Shown here one piece after another: positions 26,874-34,475 of a stretch of 64,000 nt of DNA. A model generated the notes under the pieces. That model ran no database searches and was not told where the DNA came from. It was given only the letters and a program-made list of their open reading frames with translations. How positions within the stretch are numbered: position 1 is the stretch's first letter; every line of letters begins with the position of its first letter. Both the position numbers and the translations under genes were made by a program. Source of the stretch: an uncultured Bacteroidales bacterium (lineage in GTDB: Bacteria > Bacteroidota > Bacteroidia > Bacteroidales > Muribaculaceae); assembly GCA_949289215.1 (NCBI GenBank), contig CASENC010000038.1, forward strand, positions 22,319 through 86,318. Reading direction: 5' to 3'.

Positions 26874-27995
26874 ATGAATGAAAATGAATTGAAAATATTG
26901 CAACTTGGCAAGTTTTATCCCATCCAGGGTGGCGTGGAGAAAGTTGCCTATGACTTGATGGAAGGATTATCTGAGCAAAACATCCGTTGCGACATGATGT
27001 GTGCCGCCACGCAAGGTGCAGGCCGGGTGATTCCCGTCAACGAATACGCGAATGTCATCTGCTGCCACACTTGGTTTAAGGCTGCTGCCACGATGATAAC
27101 GCCTCAGATGATTTTCTCATTAGGGAAAACGTGCAAACAATATGACATCATTCATGTGCACCATCCCGACCCGATGGCATGCCTTGCGCTGTGGCTTTCG
27201 GGTTACAAGGGTAAAGTCATTCTGCACTGGCACGCCGACATACAGAAGCAGCGAATGTTGCTCCGTCTGTACCGGCCTCTGCAACATTGGCTTCTGCACC
27301 GGGCCGACCGGATTGTGGTGACATCTCCGGTATATTTGGCCGAGTCTCCTTTCCTGGAAGGTGTAAGGCACAAGGCCATTTGCCTGCCCATTGGCGTGAA
27401 GGCCATGCAGCCCGAGCCTGAATTGGTGGCAAAGATTAAAAGCCGGTATCCGGGCAGGAAAATCGTCTTTTCGTTGGGTCGCCTGGTTCCCTACAAAGGC
27501 TATTATCACCTGGTCGAGGCCGCCAAATACCTTAGCGACGACTATGTGGTGCTGATAGGCGGAACGGGCATCTTGAAAGACGAATTGGAAAAAGAAATCA
27601 AGGAATTCGGGCTGCAAAACAAAGTGGAACTGCTGGGACACGTCAGCGACGAAGACCTGCCGGCCTATTACGGAGCTTGCAGCGTGTTTTGCCTGAGCAG
27701 CGTTCAACGGACCGAGGCATTTGGCATCGTGCAGATTGAAGCCATGTCGTGTGGCAAGCCCATAGTTGCCACAAATATTCCTCAAAGCGGTGTGTCGTGG
27801 GTAAATGCCCACGGTGTCTCGGGGCTGAATGTGGAACCGGGCAAAGCCAAGGAGCTGGCAAGAGCCATAAAAGAAATTACCATGGACGAAGCGACATACC
27901 GGAAATACGCTTCGGGTGCCAAAAGTCGCTACAATGAATTATTTACCAAAGAGCAAATGATAAATAACTGCATAAAGATATATAAAGGGTTATGA
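26874..27995 (+). CDS. glycosyltransferase family 4 (GT-B)
   Basis: LGRLVPYKGYYHLVEAA and SSVQRTEAFGIVQIEAMSCGKPIVATN. The ATG at 26874 is preferred over the GTG at 26859. Confidence 0.8.
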   Translation: MNENELKILQLGKFYPIQGGVEKVAYDLMEGLSEQNIRCDMMCAATQGAGRVIPVNEYANVICCHTWFKAAATMITPQMIFSLGKTCKQYDIIHVHHPDPMACLALWLSGYKGKVILHWHADIQKQRMLLRLYRPLQHWLLHRADRIVVTSPVYLAESPFLEGVRHKAICLPIGVKAMQPEPELVAKIKSRYPGRKIVFSLGRLVPYKGYYHLVEAAKYLSDDYVVLIGGTGILKDELEKEIKEFGLQNKVELLGHVSDEDLPAYYGACSVFCLSSVQRTEAFGIVQIEAMSCGKPIVATNIPQSGVSWVNAHGVSGLNVEPGKAKELARAIKEITMDEATYRKYASGAKSRYNELFTKEQMINNCIKIYKGL

Positions 27996-28663
27996 AAAGA
28001 GAAGTGACAACCTTAACTAAAACATTAGAGTTAAGTATGATGGACAGTGAACAAGAAAATTGTGATGGAATGTCGCCGGTCGAGCGTGCAATCAAGCGTG
28101 GCTTCGATGTGCTGGCAAGTGCCCTGGGCTTACTTTTGGCATCCCCATTTTGCCTGCTGATATATCTCCTTATCAAGCGCGAAGATGGCGGGCCGGCAAT
28201 CTTTAAGCAAGAGCGCATAGGCTATGGCGGGAAGCCGTTCACCCTGTACAAATTCAGGTCGATGGCTATTACTTCGGAAAAAGACGGGAAACCCGAGCTT
28301 TGCCAAAAAGAAGACAAGCGACTGACTAAAATCGGCCGTTTCCTGCGCGAACACCATTTGGACGAGCTGCCGCAGCTGTGGAACGTGTTGAAGGGTGAAA
28401 TGAGTTTCGTAGGCCCACGGCCCGAACGCAAGTTCTTCATCGACCAAATCATGGCTGTAAATCCCGACTATGAATTATTGTACCAGTTGCGTCCCGGATT
28501 GTTCTCGTCGGCAACCCTGTATAACGGTTACACCGACACAATGGAAAAGATGCTTATCCGCCTCATGATGGACCTGGAATATCTGCGCAGGCGCACGCTG
28601 TGGCTCGATTTCAAGATAATTTTCCTTACTGTGTTTTCCATCCTTACGGGAAAGAAATTTTGA
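27992..28663 (+). CDS. small monotopic phosphoglycosyl transferase (bacterial sugar transferase family; priming enzyme)
   Basis: [70 protein letters not shown]. Confidence 0.88.
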   Translation: MKREVTTLTKTLELSMMDSEQENCDGMSPVERAIKRGFDVLASALGLLLASPFCLLIYLLIKREDGGPAIFKQERIGYGGKPFTLYKFRSMAITSEKDGKPELCQKEDKRLTKIGRFLREHHLDELPQLWNVLKGEMSFVGPRPERKFFIDQIMAVNPDYELLYQLRPGLFSSATLYNGYTDTMEKMLIRLMMDLEYLRRRTLWLDFKIIFLTVFSILTGKKF

Positions 28664-28714
28664 CAAATATAACCCGTGTGTGTGAATGAGTGTAAAAAAT
28701 AGGAATTTAAGAAT

Positions 28715-28999
28715 ATGGAAAATAAAGTAGTGTATCCGGCAGAAGGACTTCAATTACGAAAAGTGGGCAAGCAATACATGATTGTCAAGGCCAACGACAA
28801 TAATGTGAACATGAGCGACGTGTACAGCCTTAACAGGGTGGCGGCGCGCATGTGGGAACGGTTGGCCGAGAAGGGTGGTTGCACCGCCGACGACATGGCC
28901 GAATGTCTGTGTGAAGATTTCGATATCGACAAGGCGACTGCCTTGCACGATGTGGAACGGCAGCTTGCCGAGTGGCGCACATTCGGACTGATTTTTTGA
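28715..28999 (+). CDS. PqqD-family (RiPP recognition element-like) small protein
   Basis: 94 aa. The pattern YSLNRVAARMWERLAEKGGCTADDMAECLCEDFDIDKATALHDVERQLAEWRTFGLI matches the PqqD winged-helix layout. Confidence 0.65.
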   Translation: MENKVVYPAEGLQLRKVGKQYMIVKANDNNVNMSDVYSLNRVAARMWERLAEKGGCTADDMAECLCEDFDIDKATALHDVERQLAEWRTFGLIF

Positions 29000-29006
29000 C
29001 GAAAAC

Positions 29007-30125
29007 ATGAAAACAGCGCATAATGGAATACAGAGCAGCCCCGAACGTGAGGCTTTGCTCTCACTTTTGCGGTCGGGCTTGTGGGGAAGCGACCCCGACG
29101 ACGGGTTTTCGTGTTTTCCGTTGTCAGTCGCGGAATGGGATAATGTCTTCCGCCTTGCTCGTCAACAGACCGTAACGGGGCTGGTATTCCATGGTTTGCA
29201 GCATCTGCCCGATGTTTTGCTGCCTTCCGAGGCACTGCTGATGCGATGGGCGGCCGAAACCGATGCCATCGAGCGCAGAAACAAGAAAATGAACGCTGTT
29301 CTTAAAGATATAGTCGCCGAATTCCATAAAAGGGAATTGAATCCCATCTTGCAAAAGGGGCAGGGCACGGCCCGGTTTTACATAAATCCGCTTTTGCGTG
29401 AATGTGGCGACATCGATTTCTATTTCAACAACCGCCAGGCATGGGAGGCGGCTCTCGATTTGATGCGTTCCCGTGGCGCGGCCTTGAAGAAGCAGGGCGA
29501 CGGAAGCGTGGTTTACCGTTGGCGTGGCGTGGAAGTGGAGCATCATCAACGGTTGTTTGATTTGTACAACCCCTTCAAGCAAGGCACCTTGAACCGTGTG
29601 GAGCAACAAAAAGGGTACAGCCGGTTTGCCTTGCCGGCCGCCCCGGGCGGCGAGTCGGTAACCGTGCCGTCTCCTTTCCTGGAATTGCTGTTGCACAATT
29701 TGCACATATTGAAACATTCACTGGGGCGCGGTATAGGCTTGCGCCAACTTTGCGATATGGCGCGTGCCTGCTACCTGTTGCACGGGGAGATAAATCCGGG
29801 CGAGATGAAGGCGGTGTGCCGCAAATTGGGCATTGGCCGGTGGTGCCTGCTGTTGCACGCTTTCTTGACGCAAAAGCTGGGGTTGCCCGAGTCGTGCCTG
29901 CCATACCCCGAAACGGCCTCCACGGCACAGCCGTTGGCCGACATCGTGTGGCGGGGCGGCAATTTCGGACGGCATAATGCAAAGTTCGAGCAAAACGCCA
30001 CCGGGTGGCAGCGCAAATGCCAGACGGCGCGCTCATTTGGCGACAATGCCCGTTTTGCTTTCCGCTATGCTCCCAAAGAGGCATCGTGGTTTCTGTTACA
30101 GTTGATGAAAGGACAAATTATATGA
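29007..30125 (+). CDS. PF14907-type uncharacterised nucleotidyltransferase family protein
   Basis: GDIDFYF nucleotidyltransferase-like acidic motif in a ~370-aa helical protein. 8-nt gap after the PqqD-like gene. Confidence 0.5.
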   Translation: MKTAHNGIQSSPEREALLSLLRSGLWGSDPDDGFSCFPLSVAEWDNVFRLARQQTVTGLVFHGLQHLPDVLLPSEALLMRWAAETDAIERRNKKMNAVLKDIVAEFHKRELNPILQKGQGTARFYINPLLRECGDIDFYFNNRQAWEAALDLMRSRGAALKKQGDGSVVYRWRGVEVEHHQRLFDLYNPFKQGTLNRVEQQKGYSRFALPAAPGGESVTVPSPFLELLLHNLHILKHSLGRGIGLRQLCDMARACYLLHGEINPGEMKAVCRKLGIGRWCLLLHAFLTQKLGLPESCLPYPETASTAQPLADIVWRGGNFGRHNAKFEQNATGWQRKCQTARSFGDNARFAFRYAPKEASWFLLQLMKGQII

Positions 30126-31012
30126 TACCGACAACCTGTTATTACCGTGTGGCCGATTTCACCTTTTCGGTAACCATGGCCGGGGAAGCCGACGTGGACG
30201 CACTGCTGCCGTCGTTCAGGCCGTTCAAGGCCGGCGAGAATGGCAGCCGCCTGCTCGACTTCACGGTGGTGCCTGCGGGCGAGGTTCCCACGGCAGGCGA
30301 GGGCGATTTGCTTGAGGTGGCCGACAATGATATGGGGCACCTGAAGCTATACGCCGCAGCCGGCGGGTATGTGGTCGAGGTTGCCAATGGCAGCCACACC
30401 CACCGCATGGCAGCCACCGCCGACTTTTCTCGCGTAAAGGCCTGCATCCTGCCGCATGACCGGCGTGCGGGCAATGCGTTGTCGTCGATGTTGCGCATCG
30501 CTTTTGCCCAGGCCATATTGCTGCACGGCGGCATATCCATTCATGCTGCGGCCGTGCACTGTGCCGGTAAGGCCTACCTGTTCATGGGAACGAGCGGAAC
30601 GGGCAAGAGCACTCATGCCTCGCTGTGGATAAAGCATATCCACGGGTCGGGACTGCTGAACGACGACAACCCGGCAATACGCATCATCGATGGCAAGGCC
30701 TATGTTTACGGCACGCCGTGGAGCGGAAAGACGGCCTGCTACCGCAACCTGTCGTTCCCCATCGGCGGCATGGTGCGCCTGGCACAGGCACCTGTCAACC
30801 GTTTCCACCGGCAAGAGGGCGTGGACGCATTCGTCACTATATATCCCGGCTGCTCGGTGATAGCCGGTGACAAGCGGTTGCACAACCGGCTCTACGACAC
30901 GGTGTCGGAGCTTGCCGGAATGGTCACCGTGGGCTTCATGGAGTGCCTCCCCGATGCCGATGCCGCACAGGTGTGCCACCGGGCATTGACCGCCGGCGAT
31001 AAAGAGGCGTGA
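30122..31012 (+). CDS. HPr kinase/phosphorylase C-terminal-domain-like P-loop kinase
   Basis: LHGGISIHAAAVHCAGKAYLFMGTSGTGKSTHASLW...LLNDDNPAIRIIDGKAYVYGTPWSGK parallels the HprK core (G-x-SG-x-GKS ... DD). ATGA overlap with the upstream gene. The track start at 30005 was rejected. Confidence 0.65.
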   Translation: MIPTTCYYRVADFTFSVTMAGEADVDALLPSFRPFKAGENGSRLLDFTVVPAGEVPTAGEGDLLEVADNDMGHLKLYAAAGGYVVEVANGSHTHRMAATADFSRVKACILPHDRRAGNALSSMLRIAFAQAILLHGGISIHAAAVHCAGKAYLFMGTSGTGKSTHASLWIKHIHGSGLLNDDNPAIRIIDGKAYVYGTPWSGKTACYRNLSFPIGGMVRLAQAPVNRFHRQEGVDAFVTIYPGCSVIAGDKRLHNRLYDTVSELAGMVTVGFMECLPDADAAQVCHRALTAGDKEA

Positions 31013-31056
31013 TTGGAAACCCAAATAACCAGTTAAACCAACTTTTTTTTAAACTA

Positions 31057-31854
31057 ATGAATATCAACAAACAATTTCTGTGGGCAGGCTTGCTTGCCCT
31101 GTTGCTGATGACCTCATGCTCGTCGAAGAAGGATTTCATTTACCTTGCCGACATGAAGGTGGGAAACAAATACCCCATTGAATCGAAATACGAGCCTGTC
31201 ATTCACAGCGATGACCTGCTTAGTATTACCGTAAGTTGCAAAAATCCCGAATTGGCCATTCCGTTCAACATATATGGCGGCTCGTTCAAGGTGGGTACCG
31301 ACGGCAATGTGACGGCCGATGTTTCATCTTCGGCCAAAGAGAAAGGATACCGGGTTGACGTGGACGGCAACATCGATTTCCCCATCCTGGGCAAGTTGCA
31401 CATCGAGGGCATGACCGTGAGTGCCGTCAAGCAACTTATTTGCGACCTGATTGTGGCCGGCAACTACATGAAAGACCCGCTGGTGTCGATTGAGTTCCTT
31501 AACTTCAAGTACACCGTGTTGGGGGCCGTGGGCGGCAACGGCACATACTCGTCGAAGGGCGACCGCGTGACCATTCTCGATGCAATTGCCAATGCCGGCG
31601 ACCTTAATGCCAAGGCGCGAATCGACCGCGTGGCCGTCATACGCGAAATCGACGGCGAGCGGCAGATTTTCATGCACGACCTTAACAGCACCAGTATCTT
31701 CAACTCGCCTTGCTTCTACTTGCAGCAAAACGACATCGTGTATGTGGAACCGAAATACCGCAAGAAAGACAACGAAGACCGCGGCTGGCAAATCGCAACC
31801 ATGTTGCTGTCGCTTACTTCGGTCGTGTGCTCGGTGTTGTGGGTGATAAAGTAA
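31057..31854 (+). CDS. wza: Wza-type polysaccharide export outer-membrane lipoprotein
   Basis: Lipoprotein signal LLALLLMTSCSS, a Poly_export motif (DDLLSITV), and an SLBB-like segment YTVLGAVGGNGTY...ILDAIANAGDL. Confidence 0.85.
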   Translation: MNINKQFLWAGLLALLLMTSCSSKKDFIYLADMKVGNKYPIESKYEPVIHSDDLLSITVSCKNPELAIPFNIYGGSFKVGTDGNVTADVSSSAKEKGYRVDVDGNIDFPILGKLHIEGMTVSAVKQLICDLIVAGNYMKDPLVSIEFLNFKYTVLGAVGGNGTYSSKGDRVTILDAIANAGDLNAKARIDRVAVIREIDGERQIFMHDLNSTSIFNSPCFYLQQNDIVYVEPKYRKKDNEDRGWQIATMLLSLTSVVCSVLWVIK

Positions 31855-31874
31855 AAATCAACTTAACCTGATAT

Positions 31875-34220
31875 ATGCAAACTAACAATTCAACGAAGAA
31901 CGAGCAAGGCCTGAACCTGATGGACCTGCTTGTTTATCTGGCCTCAAAATGGAAGTGGTTCCTGCTTTCCATTCTGGTGTGTGGAGGCATTGCGTGGTAT
32001 AACTACGCGCGTGCGCCGCTGGTGTACTTCCGGTCGGCAACCATCATCATCAAGGACCCGTCTAACAAGACTGCTACCTCGGGCCTTGACCGTTTCGACA
32101 ACATCATCAACAAGGTTAACGTGGCCAACGAGCTTATTCAGTTCAGCTCGAAGCGGCTGCTCAGGGAAGTGGTGCAGCGTGTGCATGCCGACGTGAACTA
32201 CCGCGTGGAAGACGGCTTGCGCAGCCGCGAGCTTTACACCAAGTCGCCCGTGCTTGTCACATTCCTCGACGCCCTGCCCGAGCAGGCTTTCTCGATGGTG
32301 ATGACACCGATTGATGACAAGACGGTGTCGCTGACACGGTTCTCGGGGGATGAAAGCTCCACGGCACTCACCATCGCGCTCAACGACACGGTGGCGCTGG
32401 CCAACGGTGTGCGCATAATTGCCACTCCCACCAATTATTACAACGAGTCGTGGATGGGCCGGCCCATACAGGTGAGCAAGCGGCCGCTCGAGGCTGTAGT
32501 CAATCACTACAAGGGTGCCATCGGCATAAGGCAGGAAGACGAGGAATCATCGATACTGAACCTTGCGCTGAAGGACAATTCTCCCGAGCGGGCCGAGGAT
32601 ATGCTGAATATGCTCATCACCGTGTATAACGAGGAAGCCATCAAAGACAAGAACCAGGTGGCGGTGAACACGGCCAACTTTATCAGCGAGCGACTTATCA
32701 TCATCGAAAACGAGCTGGGCGGCGTGGAATCTGAACTGGAATCGTTCAAGCAGCGCAACCAGGTTATCGACATCGCCTCGTCGGCAAGCATGTATATGAG
32801 CGAATCGCAGAAGTACAGCACCGACGCGCTGGAGCTGGAAACGCAGTTGCGCCTTGCCGATTACATCAAGGATTACCTCACCGACCCCACCAAGGAGCGT
32901 GACCTTATCCCGTCGAACACCGGTATCGGCGACATGAACATCGAGAACCAAATCAACCTCTACAACACGGCCAAGCTGAAGCGCGACCGCCTGATTGACG
33001 ACAGCAGCGAAAACAATCCCGTGGTGCAAGAGCTCAACAATACGCTCCGTGCCATGAAGCAGAACATTATCCGCGCCGTTGACAATATGATTGTGAGCCT
33101 GAAGGTGAAGCGCAACGATGCGCAGAACCGCGAGTTGCAAGCCCAGAACCGCGTGACGGCCATCCCCACCAAGGAACGCCAGATGCTCTCGATCGAACGC
33201 CAGCAGAAAATCAAGGAAGCCCTGTACCTGTTCCTGCTTAACAAGCGCGAGGAAAACGCACTGTCGCAGGCCATGGCCGACAACAACGCGCGTGTAATCG
33301 ACCCGGCCGACGGCAGCGACGCGCCCATCTCGCCGCAGCGCAACCGCATATTGCTGCTGGGGCTGCTTGTGGGCATTGTGCTGCCCGGCGTGGGCTGCCT
33401 GCTGGTACTGTTCATGGACACCCGCGTGCATGGCCGCAAAGACCTGGAGCGGGCACTCAGTGTGCCGTTCCTGGGCGAGATACCGTTTGAGAAGAAAGCG
33501 TCGAAGCGAAAAGGTGGCGACAGCGGGGAGATAGACGAAGACGGCATCGTGGCCGAGGCCTTCCGTGTGCTGCGCACCAATATGGCTTTCATGTCGCGGA
33601 AAGACCACCCCGTGCAGGTGATTACTTTCACGTCGTTCAACGAGGGGGCCGGCAAGACATTCATCTCGCGCAACTTAGGCATGAGTTTTGTATATGCCCA
33701 CAAGCGGGTACTGCTGCTTGACCTTGACATTCGCAAGGGAACGCTGAGCCGCCACTTTGGCGACCACCACAACGGTGTAACCGAATACCTGGCCGACCCG
33801 TCGGTTGCCATCGACGACATCGTTCGCCACTTGGATGGCTTCGACCTGATTCCGTCGGGCGCGGTGGCTCCAAATCCCGCCGAACTGCTCATGGACGAGC
33901 GGCTCGACGAACTGGTGGCCGAGTTGCGCAAGCGTTACGACATAATCATAGTTGACAATGTGCCCATGGGCATGATTGCCGATGCCAGCATCGCCAACCG
34001 CATTGCCGACCTCACGGTGTTTGTGGTGCGTGCCGGTCGCCTCGACCGCCGTCAGCTGCCCGACATCGAGTCGCTTTACGAGGGCCACAAGCTGCGTAAC
34101 ATGGCACTGGTGCTCAACGGTGTTGACCCCAACAGCCACCACGGTTACGGTTACGGCTATGGCTACGGCTACGGCTATGGCTACGGTTACGGCTACGGAA
34201 AACGAAAAAAGCAGAAGTGA
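31875..34220 (+). CDS. wzc: Wzc-type chain-length determinant / BY-kinase (tyrosine autokinase) fusion
   Basis: N-terminal Wzz-like TM domain, coiled-coil periplasmic region, second TM segment, Walker A SFNEGAGKTF, A' LLLDLDIRKG, Walker B IIIVDNVP, and a C-terminal (GY)9 tyrosine tail. Confidence 0.88.
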   Translation: MQTNNSTKNEQGLNLMDLLVYLASKWKWFLLSILVCGGIAWYNYARAPLVYFRSATIIIKDPSNKTATSGLDRFDNIINKVNVANELIQFSSKRLLREVVQRVHADVNYRVEDGLRSRELYTKSPVLVTFLDALPEQAFSMVMTPIDDKTVSLTRFSGDESSTALTIALNDTVALANGVRIIATPTNYYNESWMGRPIQVSKRPLEAVVNHYKGAIGIRQEDEESSILNLALKDNSPERAEDMLNMLITVYNEEAIKDKNQVAVNTANFISERLIIIENELGGVESELESFKQRNQVIDIASSASMYMSESQKYSTDALELETQLRLADYIKDYLTDPTKERDLIPSNTGIGDMNIENQINLYNTAKLKRDRLIDDSSENNPVVQELNNTLRAMKQNIIRAVDNMIVSLKVKRNDAQNRELQAQNRVTAIPTKERQMLSIERQQKIKEALYLFLLNKREENALSQAMADNNARVIDPADGSDAPISPQRNRILLLGLLVGIVLPGVGCLLVLFMDTRVHGRKDLERALSVPFLGEIPFEKKASKRKGGDSGEIDEDGIVAEAFRVLRTNMAFMSRKDHPVQVITFTSFNEGAGKTFISRNLGMSFVYAHKRVLLLDLDIRKGTLSRHFGDHHNGVTEYLADPSVAIDDIVRHLDGFDLIPSGAVAPNPAELLMDERLDELVAELRKRYDIIIVDNVPMGMIADASIANRIADLTVFVVRAGRLDRRQLPDIESLYEGHKLRNMALVLNGVDPNSHHGYGYGYGYGYGYGYGYGYGKRKKQK
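34143..34196 (+). repeat. tandem hexanucleotide repeat (GGYTAY)x9 encoding the (Gly-Tyr)9 tail of Wzc
   Basis: Read directly: ggttac ggttac ggctat ggctac ggctac ggctat ggctac ggttac ggctac. Confidence 0.9.
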
Positions 34221-34271
34221 AGTAGTGATTTTCACAAACTATAGTTTTTAACAGTTTTAATTTTTATTGCA

Positions 34272-34457
34272 ATGAAAAAAGACAAAGAAAAGTATGAGTC
34301 TCCCGAGACAAGGAGGACTCAGGTAAACCTGGAAAACGGGTTTATGAGTGCATCGGTTGTCGATAAGGAAGAAGACCCGAGCAACGACCCGGTTGATGCC
34401 GGACATCAAGAGATTGAAGGCGATTATGATTTTTCGGATGATAACCCTTGGAGTTAA
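34272..34457 (+). CDS. hypothetical 61-aa highly acidic protein ending in ...DDNPWS
   Basis: ATG-initiated ORF filling the gap between wzc and the next gene (51 nt and 18 nt spacers). No signal peptide and no recognised family. Coding status is unproven. Confidence 0.35.
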   Translation: MKKDKEKYESPETRRTQVNLENGFMSASVVDKEEDPSNDPVDAGHQEIEGDYDFSDDNPWS

Positions 34458-34475
34458 AGAAAGGAGAGAAAACGT

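Noticed and set aside
28715-31012. Calling the PqqD/nucleotidyltransferase/kinase trio a lasso-peptide (RiPP) biosynthetic cluster.
   Set aside because: No asparagine-synthetase-like cyclase, no transglutaminase-like leader protease and no adjacent short precursor gene are present in the window. Only the accessory-type genes are there, so it is reported as an uncharacterised cassette instead.
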